Shown piece after piece: positions 18,306 to 27,599 of a stretch of 46,356 nt of DNA. The position numbers and the translations under genes were made by a program. Source of the DNA: a virus (taxonomy: Duplodnaviria > Caudoviricetes); the IMG/VR virus record IMGVR_UViG_3300037515_000063, positions 1-46,356 of that record. One strand, given 5' to 3'. Within the stretch, counting starts at the first letter, position 1; every line of letters starts with the position of its first letter. The notes under the pieces were generated by a model. It was not told where the DNA came from. It was given only the letters and a program-made list of their open reading frames with translations, and did not search any database.

Positions 18306-18328
18306 CCCATATGGTCAATTTGGGTGTA
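18306..18328 (-). promoter_or_regulatory. Putative phage RNA polymerase promoter
   Basis: tacacccaaattgaccatatggg directly after the RNAP gene; near-copies at 29456 and 31337. Confidence 0.75.
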
Positions 18329-18352
18329 TGGTACGTGAGTACCGCGCTCCCC

Positions 18353-20836
18353 TTAGTAGAAGAAGAACTCACTGGACAATACCTCGTCCGGGCACCATGT
18401 CCCTAGTTCGGGAGGGTCGCGCAACTCGACGCCCGGCGGCGCTTGGTCTACAAAGGCTTGCTGAATAGTCGCCAGCCAGTCCGTCTGATAGATACCGCAG
18501 AACGTTTGCTTGATGATCCCCACCAAGGTATCCATACACGCCGCGTGTGTCCCAAAGCTATCATGGATCACCGCGATACTCTGGACGGACGACGCTGGCA
18601 GGGAAGCCAGTACCTGCGACAGGTGAGCCGCGTCGAACGAGTGGATCAGGTTCGGGACGATCCCGTGCCGTTGCTTGTTGACCTTGAGGTCGTTCTGCGG
18701 GGGGGAGTCCCGCTTGACCCACAGTGTCCCTAGGTTCGTAGTAACCCGGAGCATCTGGGGTGTCCAGTAGGCTTGGGTTATGATACTCCCGTCCGGTGTT
18801 TCCCAAGTGAACGGGCGTCCGTGGCGTGCGAGTTCGGCTGCGTTGAACTGTAGCCACTCCATGATCAGGGCGGCAGCCTGCACGGTCTCCTCAATAGCCG
18901 CGTTCATGTATGCAGCCAGTAGGCCCGCCTCACGGTTATCAGTCGTCCATCGGTCTTCCTTCAGTTGATCCCGCATCCCAATCGAGGTCAGCCCATACGG
19001 CTTGGTCATGACCCCACGCTTTACCGTGGAGCGGCCTACGCCCCGCGCCTTCCATGCTGCTCCTGCCTCTGACTGGTCAGCCGTAAGCTGCTGGTTAACC
19101 GCCGTGGCCACCAGCTCGTAGATGTCCTGCCGCGTAGGACAACCGGTCAGGTTGGTCGCCAACGCGCCCGCCTGATCACGGCCCATGGCGGACAGGTGCT
19201 GCAGCCCGTTACAGGTCCCGTCAACGTACACCGGGAGGTGGGACACGAAGGCTGCCCGCCCCTCAGGATCTGCTGGAACGCGGCATACCTCAATGCACGC
19301 CGCCAGAAACTGCCACGGATCATCCCCACCAAGGGCCACCTTACGCAGCTCGGGCAAGCCAGCCCCCAGTGGGTCTGAGGCCACAGCGAAGATCATATCA
19401 ATGTTGGTGTTGAACCACTCCGCCTGCTCTTCACGTGAGCCCTTGTCATACCCGTACGTCTGAGCACACCGGAACACCAGCCACTTGTAGCCCTCTGTCC
19501 CAAGCGGGACACCCTCAGCCAGCTCCAGCAGTCCCCTCGACAGGTCGTCCGCTTGCGGGTGAAGGTCTTGCACGACCGGGTACACCCGGCGCCGCCAATC
19601 AAGCCCATGCGGAAAATATAAGCGGGGCTCAAGTTGATCGTGGGAGGCGGTGGTGACTACACGCATGAGCCCTTGCCGCTTGGCCTTCTGTCGGTGGTTT
19701 TCGTTGTGGACTTCAAGGCGTTTGAACTTCAGCTTGCCCCGTTCTTCGTGGGACATCGCTGTCCACACATCGGGGGCGACGTCCTCAGGCAGGGAGCGGA
19801 ACGGGGCTACCCCGAGGAGGTCAGCGTACGTGTCCCAGTCACCGACCGCCGCCCGAACCACACCAAGCACCACCGTATTCACTCGCCACGGGGTCCGCTG
19901 GGCAACGTTGACGGCGCGTAGGGCGGTATTACTGACGGTATCCGGTGTCAACTGCGCAGTGCCTGTCCCCGGTCGAGCACCTACGAGAAACGGAATGGTG
20001 TCAGGGGCCATGAATCCACCGTCATACTGAGTACCAGTCCACACCCACGGACGGGGGGTCGTGACCATCGCCATGCGATAGGGGCGAGTGATCGCGGCAT
20101 CCAGATACAGACCAGCGAGTTTGTCACTGAAGGCAGGCTTGACGGCAATCGTGCGAATGGTCTTGCCCTTGGACACCGCGGCCAGCCGATTTTCCAGCGG
20201 ACACTCGGGGACATCGAGCATCACACTGAGTAGTTGAGTTCCCAATAGAAGGCGGGTGGCGGGGGTCCACCGTTCTTTACTGCTCAGGATCTCCGTGTAT
20301 TCAAGACGGCGTAGCCACGCGCGGACTGTGCGGGGGTTGCGCTCTCGTACAGACCGTTGCAGCTTAAGCAGTCTGTTCTCCCCTCCCGGTTCCTTGCCAG
20401 CCTGCCGCTCCCCTGCCCGCATGGCTTCGTACTTCGCCTCCAGCCAGACGTGATAGCCTACTTGAATGGCCGTCGTCTGGACAGGAGTGAGCCCAGGGGA
20501 GTTCAGGTAGCGCACGCCTGCTGACTGAGCCGTCAAGGCACTACGGACGGTCAGGTATGCCAAGGTACGGGCGTCTAGCAGTTGTACCAAGTCCTCCCAC
20601 CCGCTGAGCCTGCGTCCCGTCGTCACCGCTTGGATGATATGCTTCCGCCCTTCCGCCTGTAGCCGCTTTACAGGCGGGATCATCGCGTGCACTAACTCAG
20701 CCACCACGCGGGCACCAATCGGCAGGTCGTATTCCCGGTTGAGTCGCTTCGCTTCGGCAACCTCCTCCATCATCCGCGCGATGCCACGCTGGACGGCTAG
20801 GGTTTCTCGTTCGATCTGTCGTTTTACGGGGTCCAT
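18353..20836 (-). CDS. Single-subunit DNA-directed RNA polymerase (T7 gp1-like)
   Basis: LDWRRRVY, DGTCNGLQH, RSTVKRGVMTKPYG, PNLIHSFDAAH and IHDSF motifs. Confidence 0.98.
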   Translation of the reverse strand: MDPVKRQIERETLAVQRGIARMMEEVAEAKRLNREYDLPIGARVVAELVHAMIPPVKRLQAEGRKHIIQAVTTGRRLSGWEDLVQLLDARTLAYLTVRSALTAQSAGVRYLNSPGLTPVQTTAIQVGYHVWLEAKYEAMRAGERQAGKEPGGENRLLKLQRSVRERNPRTVRAWLRRLEYTEILSSKERWTPATRLLLGTQLLSVMLDVPECPLENRLAAVSKGKTIRTIAVKPAFSDKLAGLYLDAAITRPYRMAMVTTPRPWVWTGTQYDGGFMAPDTIPFLVGARPGTGTAQLTPDTVSNTALRAVNVAQRTPWRVNTVVLGVVRAAVGDWDTYADLLGVAPFRSLPEDVAPDVWTAMSHEERGKLKFKRLEVHNENHRQKAKRQGLMRVVTTASHDQLEPRLYFPHGLDWRRRVYPVVQDLHPQADDLSRGLLELAEGVPLGTEGYKWLVFRCAQTYGYDKGSREEQAEWFNTNIDMIFAVASDPLGAGLPELRKVALGGDDPWQFLAACIEVCRVPADPEGRAAFVSHLPVYVDGTCNGLQHLSAMGRDQAGALATNLTGCPTRQDIYELVATAVNQQLTADQSEAGAAWKARGVGRSTVKRGVMTKPYGLTSIGMRDQLKEDRWTTDNREAGLLAAYMNAAIEETVQAAALIMEWLQFNAAELARHGRPFTWETPDGSIITQAYWTPQMLRVTTNLGTLWVKRDSPPQNDLKVNKQRHGIVPNLIHSFDAAHLSQVLASLPASSVQSIAVIHDSFGTHAACMDTLVGIIKQTFCGIYQTDWLATIQQAFVDQAPPGVELRDPPELGTWCPDEVLSSEFFFY

Positions 20837-20894
20837 TCTGTGCTCCTAGATAAGGTAGGCGTCCAGCTCAGCCAGTTCTGCTAAAGCGTCGTCT

Positions 20895-21278
20895 TCAGGC
20901 GACCCCCCACGGAGCTTTTCCATCACGGAGACGTAGGATAGCCTCGGCTGCGTCAGCTGGATGGGGGGTAGGGTGCGGGGAGGTGTATATCAGGTTAAAT
21001 ATCGCGTCGTCACGCCACGGGAGGTCGAACACGTTCATCATGAACTCCCCGAAGCTGTCGGTGTCTGCGCTCTGTATCCCCTGCTCGGCTGCCCAGACCG
21101 TAGCCCACCCGGCAATGCAGCCCGTAGTTCCGCAGTTGTGCGCCAGGATCTCCGCCGCCCCGGCAGGGTCTGACTCCAGATCAATGCCCTCCCCGCCGAC
21201 AAAGGCAGCCATCGAAAACCGCTCGGAGGGTAGACGTCTGATCCACTCAGCGAAGGCTGTCAGGCGTTCTTTATCCAT
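20895..21278 (-). CDS. Hypothetical phage protein (CGTxGCIAGWA motif)
   Basis: GAGGA RBS; carries a conserved-looking HNCGTTGCIAGWA motif. Confidence 0.75.
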   Translation of the reverse strand: MDKERLTAFAEWIRRLPSERFSMAAFVGGEGIDLESDPAGAAEILAHNCGTTGCIAGWATVWAAEQGIQSADTDSFGEFMMNVFDLPWRDDAIFNLIYTSPHPTPHPADAAEAILRLRDGKAPWGVA

Positions 21279-21290
21279 GGTGTGTTCCTC

Positions 21291-21515
21291 TCAATATGGG
21301 GTGTTGTTCAGGTACTGCCGGAGCGCGGCGCGGAAGTCACGGTACTCTTTGCTCTGGCGGAATGTATCGTGGGGTTGCCGGTTCGTCATGTACTTACAAA
21401 AGGCCCGGTCCATCAAGATGTGTGCCAGCTCGGCAGGCGTCAGAGCGGGGGTGAAGTTGCGGATGCGTGACATATTCCAGCTTCGATGCACTTTGGATAT
21501 CCGATCCGCCATCAA
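21291..21515 (-). CDS. Hypothetical protein
   Basis: 74 aa, overlapping the MTase stop codon. Confidence 0.55.
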   Translation of the reverse strand: MMADRISKVHRSWNMSRIRNFTPALTPAELAHILMDRAFCKYMTNRQPHDTFRQSKEYRDFRAALRQYLNNTPY

Positions 21516-23077
21516 TTCCCATCCCTCATAGAATCGAGAACGTCTGCGATGACCTCGGCGATCTGCATGGCAAGGTATGGTGGCACCGCGTTTCCTACCT
21601 GATGGTATTGAGCGGTGCGCGGCCCCTCGAATTTGTAGTTGTCAGGAAAAGTTTGAAGACGCGCGGCCTCACGAACAGTCAGGCTTCTGCACTGCGACGG
21701 ATCGTAATGAATGAAAGAATGACCGTCCTTCGCAATATGAGACGTGATCGTTGTGGATGCCTGATCCGGAAGTTGAACTTTGAACCGGTCGGAGAACATC
21801 TTTCCGGTACACCCAAGAGCGACATTGGCGTGATTTGGCAGCAGTTCGGATGGAAAATCAGCCAGCTTCGGGCTTTTGCCGGTTGCCTCAGCGAAAACCG
21901 CAGCATACATGTAACGCTGAAGATCAGAGGCCATATGTGCCCGTGCGTCATGACCCGTCAGTACGCTGAGTCGTGGGTCATACATTTCGCTCAATGCGCG
22001 ATGTCTTGCGCGAGTGCGGCCAGGATACAACTGAGAAAACCGCGCTTCCGGTCGAGCATTATTCTTCATTTGCAGCCGGATGCCGCTGACAACGGATTTT
22101 GCATAAGGTGCTCCGTTGAGCTGCGCAGCAAGGCTCATTTCGGCAAGCCCTGATATCGCGTGGGACCAGCCCTGAATGCTGTCTTCACCTCGTGACAGGC
22201 CACTGCGGACTGCCGGAAGGTTTCCGATTGTTTGCTTTACTGTCGGCGGCCTGTGACGACGCAACTGTCCAGGCCGCACATTTATATCGCTCCTGATGCC
22301 GACAATGAACATTCGGTGACGCGCCTGGGGGACTCCGTATTCCTCGGCCTTGACCATGAAAAGTCGCGGGTCCACGTCAGGGCCCACGTCACTGACTGGG
22401 TGATCGGGTTCGGACAAGGAGTAAAGTTGATAGTTGAGGCCGTTTGCATCGTTTTCCAAGGCGGCTTTGGGGCAGGAAAGACCAGCAACAATCCTGTTTA
22501 TAACGGAGTCGCCTCCGACTTTTGCCGACAACAATCCCTTTACATTCTCCATGATAAAAACGGGTGGGTGGTGATCGATGATGATCTTCAGATATTCCCG
22601 GTACAGGAAATGCCGTTCATCCTTTTCAAAGTCAGGCATTCCCATCATCCGTGATCGACCGACCAGTGAATATGCCTGACAGGGCGGTCCGCCAACCAGC
22701 GCCCACTTTGCCCTTCCGGTAAGCTTCTGATTGATAATGGAGCGTACCTTGTCGTGCGCATCTGCGCCGAGAGATATTCTCAGCGCACTTTTCTGCGCCT
22801 CTTTGAATTGCGGTTTGTGGTGGTTATATAGATCGTCCAGCGTGATATCGCCCCGCAGATAGTTATAGTATTCGTCCGGGGTTTCGTTTCGCGGAAAACA
22901 GCGCAGGAAATGCCTCAGCAACAGGGTTTGATGCGAAAACTCGTCATGTTCAATCGATACAACACTGCGAAAGCGCGGCTGATCATGATCTCCACAAACT
23001 GTGGCGAAACCTTCGCCTAGGCCACCTGAACCGGCAAATAAATCGACCACAGGATATGTTGGCAGGTTACTGGCCAT
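21512..23077 (-). CDS. dcm: C5 cytosine DNA methyltransferase
   Basis: DLFAGSGG, GGPPCQ, ENVKG, PQARHR, RSLTVREAARLQTFPD and QVGNAVPP motifs. Start is ATG 23077 or GTG 23095. Confidence 0.95.
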   Translation of the reverse strand: MASNLPTYPVVDLFAGSGGLGEGFATVCGDHDQPRFRSVVSIEHDEFSHQTLLLRHFLRCFPRNETPDEYYNYLRGDITLDDLYNHHKPQFKEAQKSALRISLGADAHDKVRSIINQKLTGRAKWALVGGPPCQAYSLVGRSRMMGMPDFEKDERHFLYREYLKIIIDHHPPVFIMENVKGLLSAKVGGDSVINRIVAGLSCPKAALENDANGLNYQLYSLSEPDHPVSDVGPDVDPRLFMVKAEEYGVPQARHRMFIVGIRSDINVRPGQLRRHRPPTVKQTIGNLPAVRSGLSRGEDSIQGWSHAISGLAEMSLAAQLNGAPYAKSVVSGIRLQMKNNARPEARFSQLYPGRTRARHRALSEMYDPRLSVLTGHDARAHMASDLQRYMYAAVFAEATGKSPKLADFPSELLPNHANVALGCTGKMFSDRFKVQLPDQASTTITSHIAKDGHSFIHYDPSQCRSLTVREAARLQTFPDNYKFEGPRTAQYHQVGNAVPPYLAMQIAEVIADVLDSMRDGN

Positions 23078-23079
23078 CT

Positions 23080-23133
23080 TTATATGCCTCGCCACCCGTG
23101 TTTCTCGATAACCTTTTTCTCTTCTGGTGTCAT
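23080..23133 (-). CDS. 17-aa leader/remnant ORF before the methyltransferase
   Basis: GAAGGGA RBS, MTPEEKKVIEKHGWRGI*, stopping 2 nt before ATG 23077. Confidence 0.45.
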   Translation of the reverse strand: MTPEEKKVIEKHGWRGI

Positions 23134-23170
23134 GTTGCTATTCCCTTCTTCAGTGTCCCGGCTGGGACAG

Positions 23171-24298
23171 TTAAAAATCTGACTTCGCTTTGGTTAGAGA
23201 CCAGCTCTGGCCCCCGACGTCGTAGTGGCCTTCTAGGATATCCCCTTTCGGGTGTTGGTAGTAGAACTTCCTCGCCAGCCATTTGCACAGCCGGGAGTCG
23301 TGGATACACAGGGACGCCCCCGCGAGAAAATCGTCCCACATGAAGTCCATGCTGCTCTGGTCCGTCAGGCGGTCCATGGCCACGTTGTCCAGATTAGGGG
23401 GCGGGACAGCTGGGTCAAACATCTGGTCGTCCTCTTCCAGCAGACGCCGGTCGTACTCCGTCTCATAGACCCCCTGCAGGCCGTCTTCCGGGACTGGGAA
23501 CCATTTCTTGGTCCACTTGTCCGTAGCACCCCCGGACGCTAGCGTCCCCGTGCCCGCCTTGACACCATGAGCTACCCCATAGTTACCGAGGGACGGCAGT
23601 GCGTCTGTCACCAGACCCGTCATGGCAGTTATATACTCAAGCTGTTCGTGACTTTCGACCATTTCAGGACACCCGGCCTTCCGAACCCACGTGACCACGT
23701 CTTCCTCGGCGGGCACAGCTCCAAGGTAGTGGGCCAAGATAGCCACACAAGTCCCGGTGCGTCCGTGCCCGCCCATGCAGTTAATCGTCACAATGCCGTT
23801 GACCTGCTTCAGCCGGGTTGCCAGCCGCTGCCACCATTTTGGGTCGGTTAGTTCGGGTACTGACGCGTCGGGCCACTCAATAGTCAGCACCGGAGTCGCA
23901 GGGACCGGCGGAGTACATATATCCTTACCCAGTAGCTTACGGGCTCCTGCGTTCGCAGAGATGGCCGGGTACTCCGCCACGTAGTTCGTCTCCCCGACCA
24001 GATCGATAGCCAGCTTGATGTCTGAGGTCTGCGCATGGAAGCGTTCGATGTTAGTCCGTGATCCTGTGTATAGCAGGAGCTTATTGACTGTCAGCAGGAG
24101 GTTCGCCTTGCAGTTAAAGCAGCCGAAGGGGTCGTCCTGTTTGTGCCCAGATGGCAGTGGCCCGAGCGGACCCTTGTATATTCTCGAGGGCGTCGAGTTG
24201 AACATGTGCTTAGCCATAAATACTCCAGCGCTGGTCTCGGCAGGTTTCAGGATAAACTTTCGTTGCTTGGGGTTGAGTCTGTGATCCCGCAAAGTCAT
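23171..24298 (-). CDS. Cys-based (tyrosine/dual-specificity) phosphatase-like protein
   Basis: P-loop INCMGGHGRTGT (CX5R), upstream WPD loop (IEWPDASVP) and downstream VESHEQ. Confidence 0.85.
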   Translation of the reverse strand: MTLRDHRLNPKQRKFILKPAETSAGVFMAKHMFNSTPSRIYKGPLGPLPSGHKQDDPFGCFNCKANLLLTVNKLLLYTGSRTNIERFHAQTSDIKLAIDLVGETNYVAEYPAISANAGARKLLGKDICTPPVPATPVLTIEWPDASVPELTDPKWWQRLATRLKQVNGIVTINCMGGHGRTGTCVAILAHYLGAVPAEEDVVTWVRKAGCPEMVESHEQLEYITAMTGLVTDALPSLGNYGVAHGVKAGTGTLASGGATDKWTKKWFPVPEDGLQGVYETEYDRRLLEEDDQMFDPAVPPPNLDNVAMDRLTDQSSMDFMWDDFLAGASLCIHDSRLCKWLARKFYYQHPKGDILEGHYDVGGQSWSLTKAKSDF

Positions 24299-26352
24299 CC
24301 ATTCGCTCCTCGGCCCGGTTGGACGAACAGGCGTGCGCCTGACACCGGGACCCGCAGCGCCAGCTCGGGGATTTCAATCGTATCCACCCGCGCATAGGCC
24401 CCCTGCTCCCGCAGGGCCTTCATGACCCCCCATGGGTTCGCGCCCATCAGCGCCCCCAGGGCTAGGTAGCTTCGGGCAAACCGAGGGGTGGAGCTTCTGG
24501 ACTGCTTAGGCTCCTGCAAATGCCCTAATGCCGGGGCTGGCACGGCTGTCAGCCCCGTATACCAGTCTGACGGAGCTTCAGCAAGGCCCCCTTCGGACCT
24601 AGGAACGCTACCGATCCAGACGGACGGGGCTGTTTGCCAGACGTCTAGATACTTCTCGGTGGTAAAGGTGGGCGCGAGCCTGAGGAGCAGATGTACGGGG
24701 TCCTGCGGCTCCCCCGGACGGCCTATAACCTCAGAGGCGGAACAGGGGCCCTGAAATTTATTGAGGAGAGGCAGGCACGCCGTAAGCGGCCCTCCAAAGA
24801 TCGAAGCAAGGACACTGATACGAACACCCTGTAGAACCCCAAGTGACCATTCGTTCGCCTTCTCAAACATCCGGAAGTGAACACCAAACTTGGCTAGTGC
24901 GCCGTCCCCTCCGTTGTGCTCTTGATGGATCATGTAATTCCAGCGCTGCACCACTTTGGCCCACGTAGGGGCGCAGGGAACCCGCTGGAACTTACGGAGA
25001 GCCCGTCCGAACTTGGCCGTTTCGCGCGTAATTTGCGCCCACTTCTTACCGCCATACGCGGACTCCCAGTTCAAGTCCGTAAACCCGGCCTGCACGGCAG
25101 ACAACGCACGCTCCAGGATCTTAGGGGGACAGCAAAAGCATCGGTCCGTATAGCAACTACGTTCCGTCACGCACTTGCCACGGAACACGGTCTCATACAG
25201 GGACGCGAGAGCGTAGGGTTCTCCGTCAGCTTTCTCGGTCCGGCTGATATGCCGCAGTTCCCCTACACACGCAGCCGCCATAAGCCGGAAATGAGCGGCA
25301 GCCCCGTAGGCGAGTAGTCTGAGCTGAGCATCCGTGGCCGTGCACTGAGTAGCAGAACAATGTAACGCAGCGAGCCCCAGCTGAGCCCAGTCGTAGGAAT
25401 ACGCACTCGGTAGCTCGCGTCTGTTGAAGTCTTTCATGTACTCAGCCAGCTTGTGCCAGTCCGGCGCGTCCCAGACGGGAGCCTCAAGTCTGGCTAGGGA
25501 CTGCCCGACGGCAGGCTCGAAGGTCGTCACACACGGCACCTTATGCACAACCGCGTGGACACAGTAATGGTTACTCAGGCTCATGGCCGGTGCCCAGACG
25601 ATGTCACCGGGGCGGGCGTTGTTAATGGTTCGCTCCCAAGCCAGCAAGTCTATGCCGGGGCTGGCCTGGATCACCTTCTTCACGACCAGATCCGCCGGGA
25701 TATAATCCGAAATCGCCATCTGCGCAGGCCCGCCACGTATCTGGACCGGGATCAAACAGGTGCCACTCTGTACCAGTTCTACATAAAACTCGTCGGTGTC
25801 GGGAATACCCGCCTTAGTCTTGAGATGCCGACACGCCTCAGGGACGCTGCTTTTTGGTGCAAAGATTGTCTCGGAGGCCCCGGAGGTCGCGCCGTCGTGA
25901 CCTTTCCCAAGCGACAGGGTCGTTTCCGTCAATATCGCGGAGTAGTCCGCTGGGATGAACTGCGTCAGCAGTAGTTCGGCCTCGGGGTCAGCTGCTACAG
26001 CCTCAGCCGCGATGCTGCGTAGGTCGTCTCCACTCACAACTATACGGCTGTCGACAAACCCATGACGCGGCTGCATGGGGCACGGGCGCACGAACAGCTT
26101 CAGATCCCTCATCGCGAGGCGTAGATTCACGTTTACGCCCTCCATCGGATCAGTGGCAGCCAGTACGTCCTTCGCAGACGCCCACTGCCAAGAACACAGG
26201 TGACTGGCGGCAGTAGGGCTGCAGAGCTGGTCTACAATGGGGTTATATACGCCTAACGCGTTAATCCCTCGGATTTTCTGGGTCGTCGGCTTAGTATAGG
26301 CCGCTTTACCGGTTAGGTAGGGGGCGAGGTGGTTCCACAGGGGCACACTCAT
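24295..26352 (-). CDS. PEP-utiliser/dikinase-like protein (ATP-grasp-like plus phospho-His swivel domain)
   Basis: FVRPCP, LLTQFI, VEL...VQIR and SLSNHYCVHAVVHKVPCV, which resembles the xxSHAAIVARxxGIPCV signature of PEP-utilising enzymes. Confidence 0.65.
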   Translation of the reverse strand: MSVPLWNHLAPYLTGKAAYTKPTTQKIRGINALGVYNPIVDQLCSPTAASHLCSWQWASAKDVLAATDPMEGVNVNLRLAMRDLKLFVRPCPMQPRHGFVDSRIVVSGDDLRSIAAEAVAADPEAELLLTQFIPADYSAILTETTLSLGKGHDGATSGASETIFAPKSSVPEACRHLKTKAGIPDTDEFYVELVQSGTCLIPVQIRGGPAQMAISDYIPADLVVKKVIQASPGIDLLAWERTINNARPGDIVWAPAMSLSNHYCVHAVVHKVPCVTTFEPAVGQSLARLEAPVWDAPDWHKLAEYMKDFNRRELPSAYSYDWAQLGLAALHCSATQCTATDAQLRLLAYGAAAHFRLMAAACVGELRHISRTEKADGEPYALASLYETVFRGKCVTERSCYTDRCFCCPPKILERALSAVQAGFTDLNWESAYGGKKWAQITRETAKFGRALRKFQRVPCAPTWAKVVQRWNYMIHQEHNGGDGALAKFGVHFRMFEKANEWSLGVLQGVRISVLASIFGGPLTACLPLLNKFQGPCSASEVIGRPGEPQDPVHLLLRLAPTFTTEKYLDVWQTAPSVWIGSVPRSEGGLAEAPSDWYTGLTAVPAPALGHLQEPKQSRSSTPRFARSYLALGALMGANPWGVMKALREQGAYARVDTIEIPELALRVPVSGARLFVQPGRGANG

Positions 26353-26355
26353 ATT

Positions 26356-26580
26356 TCAGGTTCCTTTCAGTACATGCCAGTTAACGACGGCACGCCGCTG
26401 CGCCTTCGCCGTCTCTTGAGTGATACGTCCGGCGGATAGCTGACGCTTGATGAAGCGAAGCGTTGAGGACTTCGCCCCAGTGAGCCCTGACTGCCGGGAC
26501 TGTGTACGAGCTTCAGCCCGGCGGTCTATAGGGCGGCAGAATTCCTTGAACCGCCCTGACGTCACCAGACAGGTTCTCAT
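26356..26580 (-). CDS. Small basic hypothetical protein
   Basis: 74 aa with ATGA coupling to the upstream ORF. Confidence 0.6.
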   Translation of the reverse strand: MRTCLVTSGRFKEFCRPIDRRAEARTQSRQSGLTGAKSSTLRFIKRQLSAGRITQETAKAQRRAVVNWHVLKGT

Positions 26581-26756
26581 GCGGGGGGGTACTTCGTGGT
26601 CGGGGCAGAAATGCCGTACTGCAGTGCGTCCGCGAGAGCCTTGCTAAAGGCATATGACATCGCGGTAGCCCGGGCACTCTGAAAGACACGGTCGTTCTGT
26701 GTAGCGCGGCGCTGCGCGGAAGCGAGAACGAGGTCGACAGCGGTTGGCTTGGTCAT
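26577..26756 (-). CDS. Hypothetical protein (59 aa, below the track cut-off)
   Basis: AAGGA RBS, MTKPTAVDLVLASAQRR...; TGA overlaps the next ATG. Confidence 0.55.
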   Translation of the reverse strand: MTKPTAVDLVLASAQRRATQNDRVFQSARATAMSYAFSKALADALQYGISAPTTKYPPA

Positions 26757-26768
26757 GAGGGGAAGTCC

Positions 26769-26999
26769 TTAGTTGTTACTGAGAGTGACAGTGCCGGAGA
26801 AAGGTGTGAGCATGGCGCTGGTAGATCCGTCAGACCATTCCTTCCCAACCGGACTGTTCTCATGTACCCCATCCGGGGCGATCAGAATGGACTTGCGAGG
26901 TCCTGTCACAAGCCAGATACTGCCTGTCGAGAGCCCCTTCGCCAAATAGGGGTAGTCTGGACGTGACGGCAGCGAAGCATCTTTGACTGTGATTTTCAT
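26769..26999 (-). CDS. Hypothetical protein
   Basis: AAGGAA RBS; ends in LTPFSGTVTLSN. Confidence 0.7.
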   Translation of the reverse strand: MKITVKDASLPSRPDYPYLAKGLSTGSIWLVTGPRKSILIAPDGVHENSPVGKEWSDGSTSAMLTPFSGTVTLSNN

Positions 27000-27514
27000 C
27001 GTCTGTTTCCTTCGTTTTCTGCGGTTCAGCTTAGGCGTAGTGTTCTACTGCGCCCCTTAGTTACAAAAAATAGTGATGTATTCGGGGCAACAGGGCACTC
27101 CTGTTGTAAGCCAGCGCACAAGCGCCGCCCGTCCCCCGCCAGTGTCCCATATCGGGACACCCGTATCCCCGGCGGTTGCCAGGCACCGGTGATGCTCCCC
27201 TTTCGCAGTAGCGGCCCCTAGCACCAGTCAGGCGGTACAGAGCTTGCGGCTAATCAGTTCGCGGACCTGAGACTTATATGCTAAGGCGTCTCAGGAGTGC
27301 CGTAGCTCGTCCGAGCGAGCGGTGTAAGATCAACAAGACCTTACCAGTATCTCCGCGGCTGAGGAACGGAGACACCAGAAAGGGCTAGCAGCGCCTTAGT
27401 CGCGCGGGTCAGACCAAATGACCAGACACACGGTACAAAAGGTGCATACGATCATAACTTGAAGTACGTCGAACCAGTTCATGTAGGTCTCCTGCTCGCA
27501 GCGATTGAATTAGT

Positions 27515-27546
27515 ATTATCCCACAACTACATTAACAAAACGTTAA
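27515..27546 (-). promoter_or_regulatory. Host-type promoter with a CtrA-like box
   Basis: TTAA-N7-TTAA at 27532-27546 inside the palindrome cattaac-N5-gttaatg; GATAAT -10-like hexamer at 27515-27520. Confidence 0.6.
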
Positions 27547-27550
27547 TGGC

Positions 27551-27583
27551 AAAAAGAGACCGCACGCGCCTGGACGTGCGGTC
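27551..27583 (-). terminator. Intrinsic terminator after the ParB-like gene
   Basis: gaccgcacg...cgtgcggtc followed by tcttttt. Confidence 0.75.
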
Positions 27584-27599
27584 CTAGGTTGAGGATTAG

